Of a stretch of DNA of 64,000 nucleotides, positions 1 through 11,812 are shown piece by piece; position 1 is the stretch's first letter; each line of letters begins with the position of its first letter. The stretch lies in contig OZ024742.1 of NCBI GenBank assembly GCA_964016885.1, forward strand, positions 146,878,001 to 146,942,000, written 5' to 3'. The notes under the pieces are model-generated. The model was not told where the DNA came from. It did no database searches and saw only the letters and a list, made by a program, of their open reading frames with translations. The stretch comes from Eledone cirrhosa (taxonomy: Eukaryota). The translations under genes were made by a program, and so were the position numbers.

Positions 1-160
1 GAAGGGCATCCAGCTGTAGAAATCAAGCCAAAATCAGTTCCTGTATGAGCAAGACAAGGTCAGCCGACCAGACACTGCCCACAACAGGACAACCCGTCTA
101 ACCCATGCTAGCGTAGAAGAACGAACGTAAAAAGGTGATGATGATGATGATGATGATGAC
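1..160 (+). mobile_element. RTE LINE 3' UTR/tail (cut by window edge)
   Basis: Matches the 3' end of the RTE copy at 7871-9289 (gaagggcatccagctgtagaaatcaagcc...ctaacccatgctagc) and ends in (GAT)n. Confidence 0.85.
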
Positions 161-478
161 TCTATTTACGTCTATTATCTTATCTACCCATTTTTCTGCT
201 AACATGATTCCTACCCCACCCAGCCCATTGTCATTTCCCACCCAGAAAAGCTTATAGCATCGTTTTTTACCCACAATGAATCTAGCAGACCCACCCCTCC
301 ACCTGGTCTCTTGGTTACAGCAAACATCAACCTCCCTACGTTCAAGCATTTCTACAACCTCGTTAGAGCGACCTTTTAAGGTGCCTACATTCATGGTACC
401 AACTCTGAAATTTGGGGTTGCGTTTGGTGGGTGGGAACGGTGGGGCGCGGTGAGGGGGTGAGGGAGATGGGGTTGGGG
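161..478 (-). mobile_element. RTE LINE fragment, N-terminal AP-endonuclease region
   Basis: ORF 98..394(-): GTMNVGTL...VDVCCNQETRW...YKLFWVGN...GVGIMLAEKW, typical APE motifs of RTE ORFs. Confidence 0.8.
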
Positions 479-536
<58 letters not shown>

Positions 537-677
537 TTGACAATTATACTAATGTGCACAGACACACAGATATATTGTCCTTGGTATGACAGTGTGGATT
601 TAGCTCAAAGTAGGATAACTAGTATACTATAGAGCCGTTATAAGTTTAGGAATAACCAAAGAGCGCTTAGAAATACA

Positions 678-745
678 TTGTTTTATTTGCTAACAGTGTT
701 TCATCCATACCCTAGGGCAGGAATCATCAGAGCCTATAAACAAAA
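678..745 (-). ncRNA. Type I hammerhead ribozyme motif
   Basis: Minus strand: gct-CTGATGA-ttcctgccctagggtatggat-GAAA-cactGTT-agc; stem I gct/agc, stem II tcctgcc/ggtatgga, GUU cleavage triplet. Confidence 0.7.
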
Positions 746-2011
746 GTATATCAGAGGTTGAAGGCTCCATCGAGCCTAGTCACCAGAACAAGGAAGAAGG
801 ACAAGTAGGGGGGCACACAATACATGATACATATAATGTCACAAAAAGTTACATCATAAAAAATTACGTCATAAAAATTACGTCAAAAGTTTATCACATA
901 AATGGTGCAATAGATCATAAGGAGGTTGAGAGAGGAGAACAAGAAATGAATGAGGGTGTTACTCAGCATGATCAAAAAATAAACCAAGCATAGATACATC
1001 AATTCACAAGCAGTGCAAGCACATGATTTACAGGCAGAGTATGAAAGCTTGTAAGCATGTAAACAATATTGTTGTCATCGGTAGTTCTAGCCATGAGTTT
1101 ACTATATCTTCTGCAGTACTTGCACACACCAGAAATTTACACTTTTTCTAATAAGCTCCGCTATTAACCTAACCATAACTGCTTTTCCTTCACTCTGCCC
1201 TAGGTAATTCCATAGGCGGAGTTTTCTATATACGCTTTCTTCTACGAGACTAACTAGCCATTACGAATAGCATTTACTGTAGTATATTTACATATGGCAT
1301 GGCACTTTAGCCAGATGCAGATTAGGCCATACTGTGTATTTCACGTGGGATGTTGGGTTGCGTAACCGAACGTGAAGACTGTGAGAGATAGCAGATATTG
1401 CGGACCCGTTTTATTTCCACTTCTTTCATTGGAGTGCCAGCAGTGCATGTACTCCGCTTTACCTCACTTCATTGTATTCTGTTTGGGATTTAAGGTGTTC
1501 GTTGCAGACAGCCTCTGTGGAAAGATCCTCTATGCTTGTATTTGGAAACCTGGTATTATGTCGCCTAATACTTGGAACTAGAACCAATAAATAGAGGGTC
1601 GTGGCCGGATATGGAGAAATCAACCTGTTACAAGGCGATACCACTGGAGTGCACCATTTTTCCTATAAACAATCCTGCCTGTAAAGCTGCACCACAGCTA
1701 ACCAACTTTTCTGTTTACTGACTCCTGCTTAGAAGCTTTCATACTCTGCCTGTAAATCATGTGCTTGCACTGCTTGTGAATTGATGTATCTATGCTTGGT
1801 TTGTTTTTTTATCATGCTGAGTAACACCCTCATTCATTTCTTGCTCTCCTCTCTCAACCTCCTTATGATCTATTGTGCCATTTATGTGATAAACTTTTGA
1901 CGTAATTTTTTATGATGTAATTTTTTGTGACATTATATGTGTGCCCCCCTACTTGTCCTTCTTCCTTGTTCTGGTGACTAGGCTCGATGGAGCCTGCAAC
2001 CTCTGATATAC

Positions 2012-2078
2012 TTTTGTTTATAGGCTCTGATGATTCCTGCCCTAGGGTATGGATGAAACACTGTTAGAAAATAAAACA
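2012..2078 (+). ncRNA. Hammerhead ribozyme motif (mirror copy, stem I mismatch)
   Basis: CTGATGA 2027-2033, GAAA 2055-2058, GTT; aga instead of agc weakens stem I. Confidence 0.6.
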
Positions 2079-2451
2079 ATGTATTTCTAAGCACTCTTTG
2101 GTTATTCCTAAACTTATATATATATATATATATATTATACTTGGGGAGGGTCATATTGTTGTAATAATGTTGCCAGAAATAATAACAGAACACACTCACT
2201 GTTTGGTTGGTTTTCGCTTCTGTATCGTTTATATCTCCATAGTTAATTCATTTGGCCATCAATGTTTATCATTGACTGAGCAACGGTCAAAAATACAGAT
2301 ATAAAAAGTCATATATACAATAATTCTGAGTATAGAAATAACAGCTATAACAGTCATAACAATAACAATAGCAGGAGAGAGAAAAATAGTAATAATAATA
2401 ATGGTAATAATATTAACGATAGACAGAACAACAACCACAATAATAATAATG

Positions 2452-3220
2452 CTTTCTTTATTAACCACAAGGGTTTACACAAAGTAAGACATTAAGGACA
2501 GTACAGGACAATACAGGACGGTACAAATGGGCATTTCTGTGTGTGAAAAAAAAAAAAACAGAGGATGTAACAAAAAAGGAACAATGAAAAATTCCCCAAT
2601 GGGGGGGGAGACTTCCGAGGGCCATCGTGAAGAAAGCCCATTAAAAAACGTTACGGTGACCCTGACCACCAGGGCAAGTGCCCTCTCCCAGTTTTCCACC
2701 TTCAATTTACAGGCACATGCTCAGAGTAGGCCCATTTACTCGGGCCATTCTTGCCTCTCACTCATCTTTCAACAAAATGCTGGGAAGAGAGCACTTCCCT
2801 CTCTACCCTGATTTTCCTTTTCAAATGAAATTTGAAAAAGTTAATCAGGGCATCACTGAAGAGGTAAGTGCTCGTCTTCAGCCCTTTCAAACGTGTCCAC
2901 CATACTATCTCTTTCGCCATGGCCACCAGAGAGATAAAAACTGCCTGCCTTTCCCGGCTAAAGGAAGAGGGCGGGGCAATCCTCAGGATGGGCTCAGCTG
3001 ATAGCCTGATTCGTTCTACACGCGACAGCAGGTGTTCGACATAAACCCACAAGTCAGCAATGCTCGGACACTGGACGAGTGCGTGCAGGATGGTTTCGTC
3101 GCTCTGCGCGCATCTCGGACATGCGCGGCTGACGGCACTTCCATGCCTGTAGAGTTTATCCCGAACTGGCAAAGCTACTCGGTAGCACTGCCAGGCCAGG
3201 GATTTCTGGAAAAGGTCCAT
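2452..3220 (-). mobile_element. 5'-truncated Tx1/L1-clade LINE nested in the PLE
   Basis: C-terminal zinc knuckle CPRCAQSDETILHALVQC; 19-bp TSD aaccacaataataataatg at 2433-2451 and 3221-3239. Confidence 0.8.
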
Positions 3221-3579
3221 AACCACAATAATAATAATGGAAACATTAACGACAGACACGACAACAACAACAACAACAACAACCACAGTAGTAATAATAG
3301 AAATAATACGAGTAGCAACATTAATGATAGACACAACAACAAAAACAACCACAACAACAGAAACAAGAAACATAATAAAAGTAACAACCACAATGGTAGA
3401 AATAACAGTAACAACAACAATAACAATATAGAAAACGACAACAATACATCTAACAATCATAACAATAATAGTAATGTTAATGGTACAACAATAATAACAA
3501 TAATAGCAACACACACAACTATGACGATAGATATAATGACAACCCCTTAGAGAAACTACTCTTCAACCCAGCTTATAAG

Positions 3580-5930
3580 ATGAGTAAAATGTATCCCACT
3601 AAGTTACCTTTTAATAAAAGGGTTTGTATACCACAACAAATAGATGACGAGACGGAGACACAGTTCACCATATCTAGAAATAAAATTAGACAAATAGTAG
3701 ACCGGTATACTAAGAGACAAAGCAGACCAGAGGTCCAACAACTTGGAAGGAAACCTGTAGAAGGTTTAGTTAGCCTCAAGCAGCACACAAGGGATGGTGA
3801 GGCAGAGTGTCTACCCACAAATAAATCTGGTAGGATGTCGATAGACAGCATGCCGAACTATATCAGGGCTATGCAACCCCACATCACCCAACACGAGCGA
3901 AACTACACAACAAACACATGAGGCGAGAGAGAAGATCCTCAACGCTCACATGATGATGTGGACCGACATCCTAAAGCCAAGCAGACGCACTGCCAACAAC
4001 TTCCAGGCGTCTAACAATGACATACCAACCTTGTATGGGCTCCGCAAAGACCATATGACAGTCGACGACCCGACAACAGGACCACCAACAAGACCTGTAT
4101 GCGGAGCCAATATCGCTAGCAACTACAGGATCTACTTCCTCTCAATGGTTATACGCCCCATAATTAAGATGTCCACAGATGTATGTGACAGTACAGAGGA
4201 CCTCCTCAGCAGAATCAACGAGTGCAACAAAAACAAAAACCTATCTGACTGCATAACAGGCAGTATGGACGTGGTATCACTGTATCCATCCATTAACATT
4301 GATTTTGCTGTGGGAAAATGTGTCGAGATAATCAGTGAGAATGAGGTGGAGTTCTGCGACGTCGACACAGATGAACTGGGCTTCCTACTTAGACTTACTT
4401 ATGACACCGAGTACCTAGACAGCCATGGCCTTAGCCGTTTCTTCCCCAGTAGACTCATAAGAGGTAGACCCCCCCACCCCCCACCTCAATGACAAAATAG
4501 ACTCCCATGGGAAGGTGGATTGGGTCAACCAAAGCCATACGGACACACAAAAACAAGGATCAGGTGAGAAAATTGGTCGCGCATGCAATAGGGGCAAGTA
4601 TTAAAACTACCCTAAAGAGCCATATATTCAAATTCAATGAAAAGATCTACACCCAAAAGGAGGGAGCAGCCATTGGCGTCAACATAGCTGGGGATGTTGC
4701 CTACCTTTTTTATGGTATGGTGGGAAAAGAGACTCAAAGATCTCCTTGAATTGAGCTCCATAGACCTCATCATGTACTCTTGTTACGTAGACGATATTAA
4801 TATAGTAATAAGGGAACCCCCACAAGAGTACTAACGAACATGATTTAGAATATAGCACAATCGAAAGCATCCAGCAGATAGCTAACTCCATACACCAGAG
4901 TATAACTGTAACTATTGACTACCCTTCCAAACACCCTAACGATAGACTATCTGTATTAGACACGGATCTCTGGATTAACGCTATAGACGAGAGGGCCCAA
5001 ATTCTCCACTCGCACTACGCTAAACCAATGGCCTCCAAATAACTGATACTCAAAAACTCAACAATGTCCAGTAGTGCTAAGTTTAATATTCTGATCGCAG
5101 ACTTGGTACGAGTGATGAAGAAACTATCCCGCATGTGCGACCCAACAGAAATGGAAAGACACATCCAACACTTCATCAACCGCATGCAGTTCTCTGGTTA
5201 CAACCAAAGAGACAGAATCAGAGTATACAAAGGAGCCACGGAGAAGTATAAGACTCTCATAGAACTGGACATGAGAGGAATTTGCCCATTATACAGGAGC
5301 AAATCATGGAATAGCTTAGATAGGACTAAACATAAGATAAGGAAAGCCACCTCATGGTACGACAACCAGAGATACCAGAGTGTCATGTTCGTGGATGCTA
5401 CCCCTGGAAGGAAATTAGCTAACCAATGTAGAAAGGCTCTAAGAAAGACCCACTTAAAGATTAAGGTGGTAGAAAAGCCAGGAACCACCATAAAATCCCT
5501 TATCAGCAAAACATACCCTTTTAAGAAAACCCACTGTACTAATAAGGAATGTGTTATATGTAAAGTAAACCCCCAGATAAACTGTAAAACTAGAAACGTA
5601 GTCTATAACATAAGATGTACAGAGGGTACTTGCAGAAACATGACAACGACATACATAGGTGAGACAGCCCGAAGCATAGGAGAAAGAATAGACCAGCACT
5701 GGGGGGAATTAAAATGACAAAAAACGGTTCAGTACTATACGAACACGCCAGACAACAACATGACGGTAACATAGACAACATAGAAGTTAGAATAATATCT
5801 AAACATAGAAATGACCCAACAGGTAGGTAAATCAGAGGAGCAAGCGAAATAGAGCCTAGAAAGCCAAAGCTAAACAGAAAAAAAATGAATGGAATAACAA
5901 CAACACCCAAACAAATAATACTGACCTAAG
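3580..5930 (+). pseudogene. Disrupted PLE reverse transcriptase / GIY-YIG endonuclease ORF
   Basis: PTLYGLRKDH, RPVCGA, SMDVVSLYPSI, QKEGAAIG, YVDD (tacgtagacgat ~4785), CTNKECVIC zinc motif, VVYNIRC...YIGETAR; several frameshifts and stops. Confidence 0.9.
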
Positions 5931-6165
5931 AGAAATATAAACAAATAAATAAATTAAATAAATAAATATATACACAAGCACAATAAAAACAAAAACATAT
6001 AAACACACACTAATAAATTAAGATAGATTACAATAACAGTCACCCAAACGTGAACACACGTACCAAACACTGCATGCGCAGAGACTAGGACATAAATAAA
6101 TAAATAAATAAATAGATAAATAAAAATGGTGTAGACACTACAATACAGCAGGGGAAACATGATAA

Positions 6166-6218
6166 TAGTACCACTGATGATGTTGCAGATGTGCCACGAA
6201 AGAAGTTTGTTAGACTAT
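6166..6218 (+). ncRNA. Minimal hammerhead ribozyme motif in the PLE 3' pLTR
   Basis: CTGATGA 6174-6180, stem II gttgca/tgccac (1 mismatch), GAAA 6198-6201, minimal stem III; similar to 35625-35667. Confidence 0.6.
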
Positions 6219-6472
6219 ATATATATATTTATACCTGTATTTTTGACCGTTGGTCAGTCTATGATAAACATTGATGGCCAAATGAATTAACTATGGAAAT
6301 ATAAAAGATACAGAAGCGAAAACCAACCAAACAGTGAGTGTGTTCTGTTATTATTTCTGGCAATATTATTACAACAATATGCCCTCCCCAAGTATAACAA
6401 TATTTGTTTCGACACACGATTTCTAATCAAAAACCTTGCAAAACAAATTCATCGCCGTTATATATATATATA

Positions 6473-6585
6473 TGAGTTCAAATCCCGCCAAGGTTAACTT
6501 TGCCTTTCATCCTTACAGGGTCGATAAAATAAAGTACAAGTAATGCACTGGGTAATTGCTGGCCTTGTACCTAAAGTAGAAACAG

Positions 6586-6588
<3 letters not shown>
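6473..6588 (+). mobile_element. tRNA-derived SINE family A, 5'-truncated
   Basis: B box gagttcaaatcc plus core ctttgcctttcatcc...gggtcgataaaataaagtac and tail gtagaaaca. Confidence 0.85.
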
Positions 6589-6625
<37 letters not shown>

Positions 6626-6855
6626 CAGACACACTACAGAAGGGACAACTTTTATCCGTCAATTGCTATCATAAAATATTACTTCAATCTGACATGATGT
6701 TTAAGGAAGGGAGACTACTCAAGATTCTAATGGTTGTCAAAGAGTTACCTTTCTTGAGCTAATTAAAGATTTCGTTTATACACACACACACATTTTTTTT
6801 TACAGCGTAGCGCAGCGTGTGACAACGCCAGCCCTTTGAATTTCAGATATAGTAT

Positions 6856-7049
6856 TATAATTGCTTCTACTTTAGGCACAAGGCCAGCAATTACTCAGTA
6901 CATTACTGGTACTTTATTTTATCGACCCTGTAAGGATGAAAGGCAAAGTTAACCTCGGCGGGATTTGAACTCAGACTGTAAAGGAACGTAACTATGCTAG
7001 AAAGCATGGCGTCCAACCCTCTACCGATACTGCCAATTCACCGCCCGGC
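6856..7049 (-). mobile_element. SINE family A, full length
   Basis: Minus strand ggcggtgaattggcagtatcgg (A box)...gagttcaaatcc (B box)...; more than 15 copies in window. Confidence 0.9.
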
Positions 7050-7263
7050 GCGTATATGTTTAACGTAGTTCTCAAGGAAATACACCGTGAAGCATTGAGA
7101 TGAAGCTGAGCCTTTAAATTACAGCTACAACTCATTTTCGTCGGGTGAGTGGACTGGAGCAGCGTGAAATAAAGTGTCTTGCTCAAGGACTCATACGTCA
7201 CATTGAATCGAAATTATGACTATACGATCTTGAGACATATATCCAACCATTAAGCCATGCGCC
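7050..7263 (-). mobile_element. tRNA-derived SINE family B
   Basis: Minus strand ggcgcatggcttaatggtt...gtccttgagcaagacacttta; related copy at 56055-56370. Confidence 0.7.
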
Positions 7264-7269
7264 TATATA

Positions 7270-7530
7270 CCATCTTTCCAACAACAACTCTGAGCACCTT
7301 TTTGAATTCCAAGTCTAACACCCGTAGACATGCTTACAAAATCAGAAAACAGAACAGCTCCCATGATTTTCGAAGCTTTTTTCACGCTCAGAGTTGCTGA
7401 AGCATGGAACAAACTACCTGCATCAGTTGTTAGTTGTTGTGACACTGCATCCTTCAAAACTGCCATGCATCCCGAAATTCGCCAACACTACACTTGATAT
7501 TTCCCCCTCCATACACACGCACGTATATGT
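7270..7530 (+). mobile_element. CR1-like LINE 3' end
   Basis: Encodes NTRRHAYKIRKQ...FTLRVAEAWNKLPASVV; same tail at 10972 and 25223. Confidence 0.75.
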
Positions 7531-7870
7531 TCACAATAATTTTCATATTATTTTTTTTAAGAGTTTAGCTTTGCCTTTCATCCTTAGAGGGTCGATAAAA
7601 TAAAACACCAGCGATGCACTGGGTAATTGTTGGCCTTGTGCCAAAAATAGAAACAATTATTCTTTTTTTAAACACAATTTCACTTTTTCTCTTCATCTCA
7701 CTATTTATCCTGCTCTATTAAATCCGCTTATATTTCCACAGTTTATTTTGGTATTTTTTCAATCATAACATACACCAGAACATATACATTTGATCAGGTA
7801 ATTATATATATAAATGAGCACACACACTCGCACAGAGAGACACAAGCGCACACAGATACATATATGTGTG

Positions 7871-9289
7871 TCATCATCACCGTTTTACGTCCGTTCTTCC
7901 ACGCTAGCATGGGTTAGACGGGTTGTCCTGTTGTGGGCAGTGTCTGGTCGGCTGACCATGCCTTGCTCATACAGGAACTGATTTTGGCTTGATTTCTACA
8001 GCTGGATGCCCTTCCTAACACCAACCTCATTTACAGTGAGTGTTGGATGCTTTTTTCCGTGGCGCCTACACGTCCGCTTTACAGTGTGGACTGGGTGCTT
8101 TTTTGCCGTGGCACCTCCACGGCCACTTTGCAGTGGGAGGGTGTGGGGGCATATTGTCTATATGCTTCAGCATGTAGCCATGGGAGGTTGGGTACTCTGT
8201 ATTACTGCGTGAGGTCACGGTCATGTGTCATCGCCTTTGAGAGGTGTAATTGGGTAAGGTCGGCTTTTATCACCTCATCCCAGGTTTTCTTGGGTCCCCC
8301 CACTCCGCGGTTTCCATCGACTTCTAGTGCTCTGCACCTTTTTATGCAGCTGTCATCCTTCATACGCATTACATGTCCATACCAGCGCAACCGCCTCTCC
8401 TGCACACAGCATTTGATTCCTCTTATGCTCAGTCTCTCTCTCAATTCATTTATGCTTTGTCGTTCACGTATATTACTGTTACACATCCATCGGAGCATGC
8501 AGGCTTCGTTTCTCTCTAATCTACGTAAGTCTTCTACACCCAGTGTCCAGGTCTCACTACCATGCAACATTGCTGTTCGGATACACGCATCATACAGTCT
8601 GCCTTTCATTCTGAGGGAGAAGCCTTTTGCAGCTAGCAGTGGTAGTAGTTCTCTAAACTTCTTCCATCCCGTTCTTACCCTAGTTATTGTACTTTCTGAA
8701 CACCCACCTCCGTTGCTAATTCGGTCACCTAGGTAGCAGAAGCTGTCTACTGTTTCTACAGAGCCCTCCCAGAGATTGGTGGTACTTGTTTCCTGTGGCT
8801 GTTTGCTGCTTGCTGTCCCAGCACAGCTGCTGCATGTGAAGCCTACATTCTTAATTAAGCTTCCTGAGATCCCGCTACATCTCTTGTGTACCCATTGTTT
8901 GCATTTGGGGCAGAGAATGGAGTTCCTACCTACACCTTTCCTACATACTGAGCAAGGCCATTTCCCTGAGGGGATCTGGGTTCTGTTTTCTCGTCTACTT
9001 ACAAGGACCTTAGTCTTTGTCATGTTGACTTTGAGACCCTTTCTTTCTAGTCCCTGCTTCCAAGTTTGGAATTTATTCTCTAGTTCTACCATAGATTCAG
9101 CTATGAGTGCGAGGTCATCAGCATACAGGAGTTCCCATGGGCATCCAGTCTTAAACTCCTCTGTTATTGCCTGCAGGACTATGATGAACAGGAGGGGGCT
9201 AAGAACAGAGCCCTGGTGGACCCCAGCCTGTACGCTAAATTCCTCGCTATACTCATTGCTAATCCTAACTTTGCTGACTGCTCCCCTAT
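7871..9289 (-). mobile_element. 5'-truncated RTE LINE (subfamily 1) with open RT C-terminal half
   Basis: ORF 8202..9308: [32 protein letters not shown]; 3' UTR and (GAT)n tail. Confidence 0.95.
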
Positions 9290-10311
9290 TACTGTACCCC
9301 TCCTCCACACACTAGCTAGGATCACTCCCACACCTCTAAATCCCAACACACCAGTCATAGCATTTTAGTAAGTGTTCTCATCATCACTACACCTCTCTAC
9401 CTGGGACCAATCTCTCCTTTCCTCTCTCACAATACCCTGTCAAATCCCTCCACAATTGAAATACACTTATCATACACCAATGTCATACTTTTCACCCATT
9501 TTCTCCCCAACATCCTCCTTCGAATCCAACCATAGTTATACACTCATGACATCATACCTGTAATCCACCCTTCCCTCCTCTCACATATTGTTGCTAGCCC
9601 ATGTCATTCCCAGCTACTATTCTTCTTATAAACCCCTATTCAATTCTACCCCCATCCTTCCTCTCCAATCCCCAACACATCATTGTTGGGGAAAGTCATC
9701 ATCCTCACCTCTTCAAAAGTCAATGCCCAATAACCTCCCTATTGCTAGTGCCATGACAAGACACACCCAGTATACTCTGTAAAGTGGTTGGTGTTAAGAG
9801 TGACCTCCAGCTGTAGAAACCATGCCCAAAGGTTTGTGAGGATTCCTCAGTTGTTATAGAGCATAATAATCTCTCTGGTAAGGATGCCATGATACAACAC
9901 ACCTAGTGTCCTCTGTAAAGTAGTTGGTTTTTGGAAGGGCAAATAGCCATAGGAAACATGGTAAGCTAAGGGTTAAAAGGACTTTTCAGTTGTGCCAAAA
10001 GCATGAAAACCACCCTAATGCTGCTGCCATGATAAAATGTATCCAATATATTCTGTGGAGTAGGGGGAGGGGCATGTATAAGAGAGATGCAGCCACAGCT
10101 CATCTGGGAAGTTAGTAGCTTAGATTAAGTACACACATTAAATGATGATGATGTGTGAGTGTGTGTGTGTGTGCATATATACAAAGTAAAAAATATGTGC
10201 ATTTTTGCATGTATGTGTGAGAGAGAGAGTGAGTGTATATGTATGTGTTTGCGTGCATTTGACACAAAATCGCTACAAGCATTTATAATATAAGGAAATA
10301 TAAATAAAAGA

Positions 10312-10385
10312 AATACTATAACAATATCTGTTTTAACACACGATTTAACATGGAGAAACTTTCAAAACAAATACAAAAATGAATA
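10312..10385 (+). mobile_element. Isolated PLE terminal fragment
   Basis: Encodes YNNICFNTRFNMEKLSKQIQK, homologous to the termini at 6384-6458 and 35796-35880. Confidence 0.55.
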
Positions 10386-10971
10386 AATAAAATAAATTAT
10401 ATATAAAGAGGAATTGATGCCAAACAAATCCCTTATCATTAGATTGCCAGACTTTTCCTACATAGTTCCACTATGACCTCTTCTAATATCTTTCTATGTC
10501 TATCTTATTGCCATTTTCTGGTTCTTCAATTTGGTTTCCTTCCAGTTTACTTGAATGTCCCCCAGGCTAAAATACCATAATCTCCATATGACTACACAAT
10601 GAAGAAATACAGATCTATTTAGCTCTTAACATCCTGTAATGATTTAGCAGAAAATATCTAAAAACAGGTTTGTGAATTCAAATGTTTATGGTATCTTTAC
10701 TAGTGGATGTATCATTGTGAACATTTGCATTGAACTAAAGGAAATGTGATGCCGGCATTGTAGTTTGTAATTTTCAAGGATATCTTATTAATGTACAGAA
10801 CATTAAGAATTAATGAGTTCACTGAGAGAAAATTTTCATTGAATTAAAGTAAAAACAATAATGTTTGATGTGATGTGGGCATAGTGCTGTTTTTTTACTT
10901 TTTAATGATGTCTTGTTAATGTGGTTTCAAGTGGTACATGATGTTAAGAGTTAATGTGTTCATTGAGATAT

Positions 10972-11247
10972 TCAGAGTTGATGACACATGGAACAAACTA
11001 CCTGCATCAGTTGTTAGCTGTCAGGACACTGCAGCCTTCAAACAAAACTTCCATGCTTCCTGAAATTCGCCAACACTACACCTGATATTCCCCCTCCATA
11101 CACATGCACGCATGTGCCTGTGTATCTATCATGGTTTATACACTGTTCCCTTTCCTAACATTTGTATATTATTCAATGTTCTATACATGCACCTTTGATA
11201 AGTTGTAGTGCACCTGAGCACTGTACACAATAATTTTCATTATTATC
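10972..11247 (+). mobile_element. CR1-like LINE 3' end
   Basis: catggaacaaactacctgcatcagttgtt... ending aattttcattattat. Confidence 0.75.
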
Positions 11248-11580
11248 AGTAATACAGAGTACCCGACCTCCCATGGGTACAAGCTGAAGCATATAGACAA
11301 TATTCCCCCACACCTCCCATTGCAAAGTGGTCATGGAGGTGCCATGGCAAAAAAGCACCCAACCCACACTGTAAAGTGGACTAGTAGGCGCCACGGAAAA
11401 AAGCACCCAGCACTCACTGTAAATAAGGTTGGTGTTAGGAAGGGCATCCAGCTATAGAAATCAAGCCAAAATCAGTTCCTGTATGAGCAAGGCATGGTCA
11501 GCCGACCAGACACAACCCGTCTAACCCATGCTAGCATGGAAGAACGGACGTAAAACAGTGATAATGATGATGATGATGAT
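11248..11580 (+). mobile_element. RTE subfamily 1 3' UTR
   Basis: Reverse complement of 7871-8205; (GAT)n tail. Confidence 0.85.
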
Positions 11581-11812
11581 GTTCCAATTGTTCAATCAAC
11601 AGAACAGCCTGTTTGTGAAATTAACTTACAAATGACTAAGTGTGCCACAGACATGTGCACTCTTAACATAGATCTCAGAGAGAGTCAGTGTTTGACAGTG
11701 TGTGAAAAGACTGACACTTTGAATTATAGGTACACTCTATCTTGTATTATAGTGAAATCCCATACTATATAATATACAATAATCCCATAAATAATATACA
11801 AATGTTAGGAAA

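Larger units (their letters stand above)
536..2117. mobile_element. Inverted-repeat (fold-back) PLE-derived element between (TA)n tracts
   Basis: Arms ~640-1057 and ~1726-2117 are reverse complements with a few indels; unmirrored tail 536-639; (TA)n on both sides; hammerhead motif in each arm. Confidence 0.75.
2132..6458 (+). mobile_element. Penelope-like retroelement with inverted partial pLTR
   Basis: ~2135-2303 is the reverse complement of ~6230-6397; internal RT plus GIY-YIG remnants; hammerhead at 6166-6218; (TA)n at both ends. Confidence 0.85.

Noticed and set aside
3032-3550. Asn-rich 172-aa ORF
   Set aside because: Antisense of the Tx1 fragment fused to the PLE (AAC/AAT) tract
3580-5930. 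Selenocysteine or recoding in the PLE ORF
   Set aside because: Interruptions are frameshifts and TAA stops rather than consistent in-frame TGA; ordinary decay
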